This document shows positions 10,032-18,876 of a DNA stretch of 64,000 bases, piece after piece. Location: NCBI GenBank assembly GCA_003009755.1, contig PXUB01000038.1, forward strand, positions 8,946 to 72,945. Direction: 5' to 3'. Position numbers and translations under genes: made by a program. Every line of letters starts with the position of its first letter. The stretch's first letter is position 1. Source of the DNA: Thermoplasmatales archaeon SW_10_69_26. Lineage in GTDB: Archaea > Thermoplasmatota > SW-10-69-26. A model generated the notes under the pieces. The model worked only from the letters and a program-made list of their open reading frames with translations, did not search any database and was not told where the DNA came from.

Positions 10032-11143
10032 TCCCCTCCCTCACCCAGCTCGTCGAGGAGCTGGACGCCGGGCTCGAACGAGAGGATCCCGAGCTCGTCT
10101 CCGAGACCGCCCGAACCCTGCGGGAGACGATCGCGAGGGCCCTCGGCGACCGCCGCCTGCAGGCCGAGGACCCGATCCTCGCCCGACGTCGCCGCCTGCA
10201 CCAGCGCCTCGAAGTGTTGGAAGCCAAGGCTCAGGCCGGCCGCTTCGACGACGCCGACGACGACCTCGACGCCGTCCGCGAGATGGCCCACGAGACCGAA
10301 CGCGCCCTCGAGCAACGCCCTGCCGCCGACACCGAACCCGAACCCGATCCCGGACCCGGCCCCGACGCCAGCCTCCACCTGGCCCGCCGCGAAGCTCGCG
10401 CCACGGTGACGAGCCTCCCCGGCGCCGTCGTCGGGACCCTCAGCCTCCTCGTCTTCACGCTCGCCCTCCAAGCCAGCCTCGACGCTGCCCCGCGGACGCT
10501 GGCCGCCGTCTGGGCCAACGCCCGGACGCCGGCCCTCGCCCTGGCTCCCCTGGCCGGTCTCCTCGTCGGGATCGAGGGCCTCGCCGACGCCCGCGCCGGC
10601 CGCATCTGGCTTTCGGCCACCTCCGGGCTCTCGCGGACCCGGATCGTCGTGGCCGAAGCCCTCGGGGCGCTGGCCGCGCTTGCGGCTCTGCTGTTGGGGC
10701 CCGCCGTACTGGTGATCCTCGTCGGCCTGGGCCTGGGCTTGGCTCCCGACCCGACGACCACCGCGCCCGTCCTCGGGGGCCTGTTCCTGCTGGCGACCAG
10801 CTTCACGGCGATCGCCTTCGCGTTCGCGGCCCGCCCGTCCTCGCGCTCGGTCACGTTGGCCGGCACCCTCGCCAGCTACCTCTGCCTTGGACCGGTCTGG
10901 GAGGCCGCCTTCGCCGCCGGCCAGGCCGCCGGCCGCGGGCGGGGGGCGCTGGTCGCCTCCCTGCTGCGCGGGCTCTCCCCGGTGAGGGCCGCCGACGCCC
11001 TCCTCTCTTCCGTCGACCCCTACGCTCTCCCGGCTGGTCGAGGCCTTCTCGTCCTCGCGGGCTGGACCGTGGCCGGCCTCGCGTTGGCCGCCTACCTCGT
11101 GCAGGAGCGAGGGTTCGGGCGGCCTCACCACGGCGAGCCGTAA
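10028..11143 (+). CDS. ABC-2 type permease with extra N-terminal helical domain
   Basis: GTGA overlap with the ATPase; acidic helical N-terminus then about 6 TM helices with an EAA-like GLSRTRIVVAEALG segment. Confidence 0.8.
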   Translation: MIPSLTQLVEELDAGLEREDPELVSETARTLRETIARALGDRRLQAEDPILARRRRLHQRLEVLEAKAQAGRFDDADDDLDAVREMAHETERALEQRPAADTEPEPDPGPGPDASLHLARREARATVTSLPGAVVGTLSLLVFTLALQASLDAAPRTLAAVWANARTPALALAPLAGLLVGIEGLADARAGRIWLSATSGLSRTRIVVAEALGALAALAALLLGPAVLVILVGLGLGLAPDPTTTAPVLGGLFLLATSFTAIAFAFAARPSSRSVTLAGTLASYLCLGPVWEAAFAAGQAAGRGRGALVASLLRGLSPVRAADALLSSVDPYALPAGRGLLVLAGWTVAGLALAAYLVQERGFGRPHHGEP

Positions 11144-11174
11144 CTAGGACCCACAAGGTACAACAACCTGGGTC

Positions 11175-11192
11175 GTTTAGGGGTGCCTAAAC
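11175..11192. promoter_or_regulatory. DtxR/SirR/Idr-type metal-repressor operator (box 1)
   Basis: Perfect palindrome GTTTAGG-GGTG-CCTAAAC, 28 nt upstream of ATG 11221. Confidence 0.7.
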
Positions 11193-11220
11193 CCGGCGCG
11201 AATCCCGCGCAGGTGTTCCC

Positions 11221-13433
11221 ATGAGAGGCTCCCGACTCGCCACGATCGTGCTCGCGCTCGCCGTCACGACCGCCCCCACATCGTCACCGCCATGGGGGAG
11301 GACCGACCCGAGGACGCCGAGGCCACCTACCAACAGGCCTTCGCCCAGCACGGCGAGACCCTGCCCACGGTCGCGGACACCGTCGAGACCGCACTCGAGG
11401 ACGCCCGCCAAGCCGAGCCCGGCTCCGCGGAGTACGCCGCCGCCTCGCAAACGGCCAAGAAGGGCGTGCTCGCCCTCAGCTACCACGCCGCGCACCGATT
11501 CGCCGACGACGACAACCGCGACGAGGTCGAAGCCTACATCGAGGTCCTCACCACCAAGTTCGACGGCGAAGAGCAACTGACCGAGACGAAGACCGCCGTC
11601 ACCGACGACACGACCCCGCTCGACGAAGCGATGGCCACGCTCGACGCCGAGTACCGCGACCTCGTCACCGCCAAGGTCTACGCCGAGACCCAGGAAACCC
11701 CCGAGCTGCTCACCGCCGGCGAGACCACGACGGCCGCCAAGGAAGCCGGCGAGGCGCTCGGCTACGCGCTCAGCCTCCACGCAGGCGACCAGAGCCCACC
11801 CGAGAAGCTGTACGAGGAGCTCGACGGTCTCGTCGAGCACACGCTCGCCCAGGAGGAGGATGCCACCCGCGGCGAAGCCGACGAGATCCTCGCCCTGCTC
11901 GCCGACCACGCCCTCCAGACGACCCCCACCGAGAAGACCCAGGCCCGCCAAGCCTACCTGGCCGCCCTCGACGGGGGCGACATCGACCGAGCCGAGACGA
12001 TCTACGAGGGCAACTTCTCCGAACACGCCTCCGAGTACGCCCCCGAGGCCCACGACCGCATCAACCAAGCCCTCACCGACATCCGCCAAGCCGACGGCGC
12101 CAACCGCACCGTCCAGCACGAGATCCTCGCCAAGTCGCTGCTCGACGTCGCCTGGTCGGTCGGCTTCACCGAGCTCGCCGAGGACGAGATCCACGAAGGG
12201 CTGGGTTACCTGGCGATCCTCGTCGAGACGTTCGACGACCCCACCGACCCCGACGAATTGGGCATGGCACTGGGTCATGTCGCCGCCAGCCAGTCCACCG
12301 ACAACCCCCACCTGTCCACCGTCCGCGACACCGCCAGCGCCCACTTCCTCGACAAGGTCCACGAGGAGATCGACGAGGTCTTCATCAACTGGAACGACAC
12401 CGAGACCGCGCGCGAGAAAGCCATCGAAGGCGTCCTCTACTACCAGCCGATCCGCGAGGAGGTCGCCCACACGCTCTCCGACGAGGACGCCGACCACCTC
12501 GCCGACGAGCTCCGCGGCCTCTACAACGCCACGACCGCCGGCGACCGCGAGGAAGCCGAACACGAAGCCGAGGAAGCCCGCGACCTGCTCGCCTCCTACG
12601 AGAACGCGGGCGAGGACGTCACCGAGATCGATACCGTCCTCACCGACATCGAGCGCAGCCTCTCGATCATCACCGTCGAGATCGAGGAGTACGTCGACTA
12701 CAAGGCGGAGGGCAACGACGAGAAGGCCAACGAAGAGGTCGAGGAATCCAAGGCCTTCATCGGGCAAGCCATCGCCACCTTCGAGGACAACCGCCAGACG
12801 CTCGCGGCCGCCGACGCGCAAGCCGCCGACGAGCTCGAGGCCGACATGACCGAGATCCAAGATCGCCTCGAGGCCGAGGAGGACATCCCCTCCATCCCCG
12901 ACGTCGTCGAGCGCGCCATCGACCGCCTCGACGCCTTCGAAACCGACCAACCCGAAGGCCCTGCCGTCGACGTCGAGATCGGCGATCCCGTGAAGGAAGC
13001 GGAGACCGTCCGCGTGCCCATCCGCCTAGCCGACCCGCCGGAGGGCGGCTACAGCGTGCAAGCCACGATCACCTACGACGCCGAGCGGATCACCGTCGAC
13101 AGCGTCGAGATCCCGGCCGAGGTCGGCGCCGAGACGAGCTCGCCCGGCGAGATCCGCTTCAACGCCGCCGAGACCGAGACCCCGGCCGACCCCGTGATCG
13201 CCCAACTGCACCTCGCCCCCGCCGATCCCGATGCCCCGCCCGAGCTCTCGGTCGACGTCGAGACGCTCACGGACGGCCAAGGCGACCCCCTGGCTCTCGG
13301 CAACGTGACCGGCCAACAGCTCGACCTCGCCAGCGTCGGCGACGCGGGACCCACCAGCAACGTCCCGCTGGGTCCCGGCGCCCTCGTCGCCTCCATCGCC
13401 TCCGCGCTCGCGCTCGCCCGCCGACGACCCTGA
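11221..13433 (+). CDS. Secreted, membrane-anchored helical-bundle protein with C-terminal cohesin-like domain (frameshift at C-run 11273-11277)
   Basis: Signal peptide is in the 11221 frame and the main ORF is 11292-13433; one extra C joins them. Cohesin pattern TVRVPIRL...SVQATITYDAERITV...GEIRF...LTDGQG at about 12960-13313; C-terminal VPLGPG-TM-RRRP. Confidence 0.8.
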
Positions 13434-13444
13434 CCCCGACCCGC

Positions 13445-14332
13445 ATGTCGCTTGCCCGCGCCGCCGTCGGCCCGCTGCTCGCCTTCACCCTGGTAGCCGT
13501 GGCCTTCCCGGTCGGCAGCCAGGCGAGCGACGATCTCCGGGTGCCCCAGAGCCTCGCCGAACCCGCCGAGGACCTCCGCGATGGCCTCACCCAGGTCGCC
13601 GACGCCGACACGATCGACGAGGCCCGCCAGGCCCACGACGACGCCGTCCGAGGGCCGGCCGACCAACTGCTGCCCTACGCCAACGACCTCGCCGACCGCT
13701 CGGGGGACCTGCTGGCGACCTACCTCGATCGCCTGGACGAGCAGCTGGCGACCGGCAACCTCTCCGATGCCCGCTCGCTGGCCAGCGCCGGCGCCCAGCT
13801 CGTCGCCGACGACGTCCAACCCGTCGCCGAGCGCTGGGACCGCAACCGCACCGCGCTCGCCGCCGGCCCCGTCCAAGCGACGGACGAGGGCCCCGCCGTG
13901 GCGCTCGTCCTCGTCAACCCGCCGCCGGGGTCGATCGCCGCCGTCGACGCCAGCCTCACCCTCGAGGCGGCCACCCCGCGGTCCGCGAGCCTCGCGCTCG
14001 GTCAAGGCGAGACCACCGTCGACCCCGCCAACGGGACCGTGCGCTGGGCCAGCTTCGACGCCTCCGCGGCCGCCAGCTTGGCCACCGACGGCGCCCAACC
14101 CGTCGCGCTGGGCGAGGCCCGCATCGATCCCACCGGGGACACGATCGCAACGAACGTCACCGTGCACGATCTGCTCGACGCCGACGGCCAGTCCACGCCC
14201 GCGATCGGGCTCGCCAGTGACCGCGAGGTCCCCACCGACGGGACCGGCCTCCCCACGACCTGGCTAGCGCTGGGCGGGGTCGCGCTCGGCGCCGTCGGGC
14301 TCGGCTTGTGGGTCCAGAGGTGGGAACCCTGA
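13445..14332 (+). CDS. Secreted, membrane-anchored protein: helical domain plus divergent cohesin-like domain
   Basis: Signal peptide, acidic helical N-half, beta-rich VALVLVNPPPGSIAAVDASL...NGTVRWAS...LLDADG segment, C-terminal TM. Confidence 0.7.
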   Translation: MSLARAAVGPLLAFTLVAVAFPVGSQASDDLRVPQSLAEPAEDLRDGLTQVADADTIDEARQAHDDAVRGPADQLLPYANDLADRSGDLLATYLDRLDEQLATGNLSDARSLASAGAQLVADDVQPVAERWDRNRTALAAGPVQATDEGPAVALVLVNPPPGSIAAVDASLTLEAATPRSASLALGQGETTVDPANGTVRWASFDASAAASLATDGAQPVALGEARIDPTGDTIATNVTVHDLLDADGQSTPAIGLASDREVPTDGTGLPTTWLALGGVALGAVGLGLWVQRWEP

Positions 14333-15249
14333 GCGCCCCCATCGAAGCCCGCAACCTCACGAAACGCTACGACGACCTCGACGCCATCCGCGGCCTCTCC
14401 CTGAGCGCCGACGAAGGCCAGGTCCTCGGCCTCCTGGGCCCCAACGGGGCCGGAAAGTCGACCACGATCAAGGTGCTCGTCGGCCTCGTCCACCCCACCG
14501 AGGGCGAGGCCTGGATCGGCGGCCACCACGTCCAAGACGAGGGCATCCAGGCCCGCCGCCAGCTGGGCTACCTCCCCGAGGTCGTGGGCCTGTACGAACA
14601 ACTCACCGCCGAGGCATATCTGCGCTACATCGCCCGTTTCCACGGCACCAGCGGCCCCCGCGCCACCCACCGCATCGAGGCCCTGTTGGCCGACGTCCGC
14701 CTGACCCAAGCCGCGGACCGACCGATCGGCACCTTCTCCAAGGGTATGCGTCAACGCCTGGCGCTGGCCGGCGCCCTCTTCCACGATCCCCCCGTCCTCG
14801 TCCTCGACGAGCCGCTCACCGGGCTCGACCCGGAGGGCATCGTCAAGATGAAGCAGGCGATCGAGCAACTCGGCCGCCAGCGCACCGTGCTCGTCTCCTC
14901 CCACGAGCTCCACGCCGTGGAGTCGCTTTGCGACCGTGCGATCATCCTCCGCGACGGCGAGGAGCTCACCTCGGCGCCCGTCGCCGAGCTCACCCGACGC
15001 GATCCCCCTCGCTACACCCTCACCACGGCCGACCCCTTGCCCGAGCCTCGAGCCTTGACCGACGTCGACGGCGTCCGATCGATCCACGCCTCCTCCCAGA
15101 GCACGCTGCAGGTCGAGGTCACCGACGCCGACGCCGCCTCCCTCCTCGTGGACCACCTCGTCCGCGGGGGCCACCGCGTCCGGCACCTCGAACGCGACGA
15201 ACGCACCCTCGAGGAAGCCTTCGTCGACATCACGGGGGTCCGCGCGTGA
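14320..15249 (+). CDS. ABC-2 type ATP-binding protein (canonical)
   Basis: GPNGAGKS, FSKGMRQR, LVLDEP, SSH motifs. Confidence 0.92.
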   Translation: MGTLSAPIEARNLTKRYDDLDAIRGLSLSADEGQVLGLLGPNGAGKSTTIKVLVGLVHPTEGEAWIGGHHVQDEGIQARRQLGYLPEVVGLYEQLTAEAYLRYIARFHGTSGPRATHRIEALLADVRLTQAADRPIGTFSKGMRQRLALAGALFHDPPVLVLDEPLTGLDPEGIVKMKQAIEQLGRQRTVLVSSHELHAVESLCDRAIILRDGEELTSAPVAELTRRDPPRYTLTTADPLPEPRALTDVDGVRSIHASSQSTLQVEVTDADAASLLVDHLVRGGHRVRHLERDERTLEEAFVDITGVRA

Positions 15250-16445
15250 GCGATCCCTGGACCGACCTCGAGCAAGCCCTCGCCGGGGACGACCCCGCCC
15301 AGGTCCACCGCACGACCGACCGCATCCGCGACGCCGTGCGCGGGGCCTTCGAGGGCCGCCAGCTCGTCCGCGGCTCCCTGCTCGTCGAACGCCGCCGCCG
15401 GCTCGAGCACACCCTCGCCGAGCTCGACGACGCGGTCGCCGGCGACCGGATCGACGAAGCCCGCGAGCGAGCCGAGCAGGTCCGCGAGCTGGCCCCCGCC
15501 CTCGTCGACCAAGCCCGCCAGCTCGACCCGATCGACGCCGAGGAGGAGGTCTCGACCGGCGGCTGGTTGGCCAACGCCGGGACCGTCGCCCGCAAGGAAG
15601 CCGTGCTCGGCATCCAGGGAACGCGCGGGCTGTTGCTGTTCGGCATCCTGGGGCTCACGTTCGGCATCGGCCTGCGGTCGGCGATCGGCGGCTCCACGGC
15701 CACCGGCGGCCAAGCCAGCGTCAAGCTCGTGTGGAACTACGCCCACAGCCTCGCCTTCCTCGCCCTCCCGCTGGCCGGCCTCCTCGCCGGGCACGGGCTC
15801 GTCAACGAGGAACGCCGCTCGGACACGATCCACATCCTCGCCGCCCAACCCGTGGGCCGGATCGGGATCGTCCTCGGCAAGTGGCTGGGCATGGCCGCCA
15901 CCCTGGGCTTGGCCGTCGCCGCCAGCGCGGGGCTCGTCGGCACCGCCGCTTACGCCGTGACCGGGACGCTGGGCCCCCCGAGCGCCGCGGTCACCTACCC
16001 GCTGGCCTGCTTCGGGCTCGCCTTGGCCTTCGGCTCGATCGCGCTGCTGGCCAGCACCTTGCTCGAGCGCACCGGTCCCACCCTCGCCGTCGGGCTGGCC
16101 AGCTTCGTCCTGCTCGGCCCGGTCTGGCAGAACGCCTTCCTCACCCGCTCGCTGGAGCAGGCCGGCACGATCCCCGATCCGGGCTCCGTGCTCGTCTACC
16201 TCGCCACCCCGTTCACCGCCTGGTGGAACTGGACCAGCGAGCTGTTGGGTCCCGTGAACGACGCCACCGGGCTCCCCCAGGGCGAACCCTGGCACGCCGC
16301 GCTGGTCAACGCCGTCGAGACCGGGGCCCTCGAGGCGCTCCCGTTCTACGCGACCCAACCCTACTACGCGATCGTGATCGCCGCCTGGATCGCCGTCTGC
16401 CTCGGCCTCGCCGCCGCCGTCTTCCGCCGCCAGGATCTGGCCTGA
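15246..16445 (+). CDS. ABC-2 type permease with extra N-terminal helical domain
   Basis: GTGA overlap; VARKE, EERRSDTIHIL...PVGR.GIVLGKW (NosY/ABC2-like), multiple TM helices. Confidence 0.85.
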   Translation: MSDPWTDLEQALAGDDPAQVHRTTDRIRDAVRGAFEGRQLVRGSLLVERRRRLEHTLAELDDAVAGDRIDEARERAEQVRELAPALVDQARQLDPIDAEEEVSTGGWLANAGTVARKEAVLGIQGTRGLLLFGILGLTFGIGLRSAIGGSTATGGQASVKLVWNYAHSLAFLALPLAGLLAGHGLVNEERRSDTIHILAAQPVGRIGIVLGKWLGMAATLGLAVAASAGLVGTAAYAVTGTLGPPSAAVTYPLACFGLALAFGSIALLASTLLERTGPTLAVGLASFVLLGPVWQNAFLTRSLEQAGTIPDPGSVLVYLATPFTAWWNWTSELLGPVNDATGLPQGEPWHAALVNAVETGALEALPFYATQPYYAIVIAAWIAVCLGLAAAVFRRQDLA

Positions 16446-16492
16446 CCCGTGCGAAGATGAAACGGGACCGCAAAGGTACTAATGCCGGGCCT

Positions 16493-16510
16493 GTCTAGGC
16501 AGCCCTAAAT
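16493..16510. promoter_or_regulatory. DtxR-type operator (box 2), overlapping the start codon
   Basis: GTCTAGG-CAGC-CCTAAAT; one mismatch to the TTTAGG-N4-CCTAAA core of box 1; same upstream AAGGTAC element. Confidence 0.6.
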
Positions 16511-17483
16511 GGTGCCCGACGCCCCGCTGCCGACCCTGCTGCTCGCCGCGCTCGTCCTGACACCCAGCATCCCGGGCGCCCTCGGCCAGGACACCCTGTC
16601 CACCGAGGAGCTCGAGACCCGGCTCGACGAGCTGCAACGACGAAGCCAGCAAGCCGTCGACCGCTACGAGGCCGGCGACCGGGACCAGGCCCTCGACCAC
16701 GCCCGCCACGTCCGCGAGGCCTTCACCTTCGCGGAGGGCAACGCCTCCGTGCTCGAACGCACGATCAACGACGTCAGCGCGGTCACCATCGGTGAACAGG
16801 TCAAGGCTCAAGCCTCCCGCCTGGCCAGCGCCATCGACGCCGGCGACCCCGTCGAGGAGGTCCAACAGTCGCAGACCGAGCTGGAACCCCTGCTCAACCG
16901 GCTCGTGCTGGTCTCGAAAGGCGAGCACGCGCCCGCGAGCCAACGCCAACTCACCACCGAGGAATCCATCCACGAGGCCGCCCAGGAGGTCCGCGACCTC
17001 GTCGACGAGGCCGTCACCCTCTACACCGAAGACCAACCCGAGGCGGCGCAGAAGAGCGCCGAGGACGCCTTCTTCGCGTTCGAGCAGAACGGGCTCGGCC
17101 CCGACACGACCGTCGTCGACGAAGGGCTCGAGAACGAGGTCGAACACGACATCAAGAACTTCCAGGGGGAGGCCGGCGAGCCCGGCCTGGCCGACCTGAT
17201 CGAGCACGGCGCCCCCGTCGGGGAGGTCGAGGACCAGGCCCAGACGGTCCACGACGGCCTCGACCAGATCGTCACCCTGCTCGAGGCCACCAAGCCGCCC
17301 AGCGACCTCGGCGACGCCAACCAGGACGGCGACGTCACCATCGTCGATGCCCTCCTCACCGCGCAAGCCTCGCTGGGCATCCAGGCCGAGGACCCCACCA
17401 TGGACGCCAACCAAGACGACGCCGTCACGATCGTCGACGCCCTGCTGATCTCGCAAGCCGCCCTCGGCATCCGGGATCTGTGA
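16509..17483 (+). CDS. Secreted helical protein with C-terminal dockerin (type I-like) domain
   Basis: Signal peptide; duplicated Ca-loop/helix repeats GDANQDGDVTIVDALLTAQASLG and DANQDDAVTIVDALLISQAALG (about 17307-17469); AFFAFEQNG resembles the N-domain of the adjacent FTR1. Confidence 0.88.
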   Translation: MVPDAPLPTLLLAALVLTPSIPGALGQDTLSTEELETRLDELQRRSQQAVDRYEAGDRDQALDHARHVREAFTFAEGNASVLERTINDVSAVTIGEQVKAQASRLASAIDAGDPVEEVQQSQTELEPLLNRLVLVSKGEHAPASQRQLTTEESIHEAAQEVRDLVDEAVTLYTEDQPEAAQKSAEDAFFAFEQNGLGPDTTVVDEGLENEVEHDIKNFQGEAGEPGLADLIEHGAPVGEVEDQAQTVHDGLDQIVTLLEATKPPSDLGDANQDGDVTIVDALLTAQASLGIQAEDPTMDANQDDAVTIVDALLISQAALGIRDL

Positions 17484-17487
17484 AACC

Positions 17488-18873
17488 GTGACGACGACCC
17501 CGACCTGCGCCACACCGAGCCGCTCGACGAGCCCCAGCGCTTCGACCGGGCTCGTCCTCCTCGCCCTCGCGCTGGTCGGGACGAGCCTGGCCCCGACGGC
17601 CACCGCCGCCGGCGACGCGTCCCTCCCCGACCAACTCGACACCTTCCGCGCCCAGATCGAGACCGCCGTCGCCGACTACGAGGCCGCCTACGCCAACTAC
17701 ACGGAGGCCACAAGCGACGAGGAGCGCCAGCAGGCCCGCCAGGCCATGCACGAGGCCGGCCGCGCGGTCGGATCCGCCTTCCTCGCCTTCGAGCAAGGCC
17801 ACGGCGACGACGGCTCCCTGTCCGTGTTCATGCAGACCCAGATGGACCAGGGCTTCTACCGCTCCTTCGAGCAGGACGTCGTCCTGCTGCGAGCCACGAT
17901 GACGGACGCCGACACCGGCGAGGTCCCCACGCCCGCCGAGGTCGATGCCAAGACCTCGCCGGTGTTCCAGTCGCTGGACCGAGCCGAGGGCTGCTTGCCC
18001 GAGGGATGCGGGTCCGCCTGGACCGGCGCCGCCGCCCAGTCCTTCCTCGTGCTCCTGCGCGAGGGCTTCGAGGCGGTGCTGTTGGTGGGCGCCATCGTCG
18101 GTTACCTCCACAAGAGCCAACGCTCGGAGAAGGTGGCCAACGTGTTGAGCGGCGTCGGCGCCGCGCTGGTCGCCACGATCGCGACCTGGGTCCTCTTCGA
18201 CCGGTTGTTCGCCGCGGCCGCCCGCAGCTCGTTCGCCCAGGCCACGCTCGAGGCCGCCACGATGCTGTTGGCGTCCGCGATCCTCTTCTACGTCGGGTTC
18301 TGGCTGCTGTCGAAGACCGAGTCCGACCGCTGGCGAGCCTTCATCGACGGCAAGCTCGAGGATTCCCTGGCCGACGACCGCGGCTGGATGCTCGCCCTCG
18401 TCGGGTTCCTGGCCGTGTTCCGCGAGGGCGTCGAGACCGTCGTGTTCGTGCAAGCGATCTCGCTCGGCAGCGGCGGCGCCTGGGGGGAGATCGGGCTCGG
18501 CCTCGGGCTCGGGGTCCTCGCCCTCGCCGGGTTGTACTACGCGTTCCAACGAGCCAGCGTCTCCGTCCCGCTGCGGACGTTCTTCGGCGTCACCAGCGGC
18601 ATCCTGTGCCTGCTGTCCCTGCGCTTCCTCGGGTTGGGCGTCTTCGAGCTGCAAGAGGCCGGCCTGCTGGGCGCTACCCCGCTCGACGCCGTCGGTGCCG
18701 TCCTCGCCCAGAACGCGCTGCTTGGAACCCTGGCCGGCGCCCTCCTGGGCTTCTCGCCGACGCTCGAGGTCGCCATCGCTCAAGCGTTGCTGGCCGCCGT
18801 CATCCTCGCCGGCGTCGTGTGGACCTTCCTCGTCCGGCCCGCCCGAGCCACAGCCCCCGCCGCCGGCGGGTGA
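17488..18873 (+). CDS. FTR1/EfeU family high-affinity iron permease with extracellular N-terminal domain
   Basis: Two REGxE motifs (LLREGFE, VFREGVE), 7 TM helices, ELQEAG motif, signal peptide plus AFLAFEQG helical domain. Confidence 0.93.
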   Translation: MTTTPTCATPSRSTSPSASTGLVLLALALVGTSLAPTATAAGDASLPDQLDTFRAQIETAVADYEAAYANYTEATSDEERQQARQAMHEAGRAVGSAFLAFEQGHGDDGSLSVFMQTQMDQGFYRSFEQDVVLLRATMTDADTGEVPTPAEVDAKTSPVFQSLDRAEGCLPEGCGSAWTGAAAQSFLVLLREGFEAVLLVGAIVGYLHKSQRSEKVANVLSGVGAALVATIATWVLFDRLFAAAARSSFAQATLEAATMLLASAILFYVGFWLLSKTESDRWRAFIDGKLEDSLADDRGWMLALVGFLAVFREGVETVVFVQAISLGSGGAWGEIGLGLGLGVLALAGLYYAFQRASVSVPLRTFFGVTSGILCLLSLRFLGLGVFELQEAGLLGATPLDAVGAVLAQNALLGTLAGALLGFSPTLEVAIAQALLAAVILAGVVWTFLVRPARATAPAAGG

Positions 18874-18876
18874 GCC

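Noticed and set aside
16509-17483. Cellulosome (polysaccharide-degrading) interpretation of the dockerin/cohesin genes
   Set aside because: No glycoside hydrolase or CBM domains in the locus; the context is FTR1 and metal-repressor boxes
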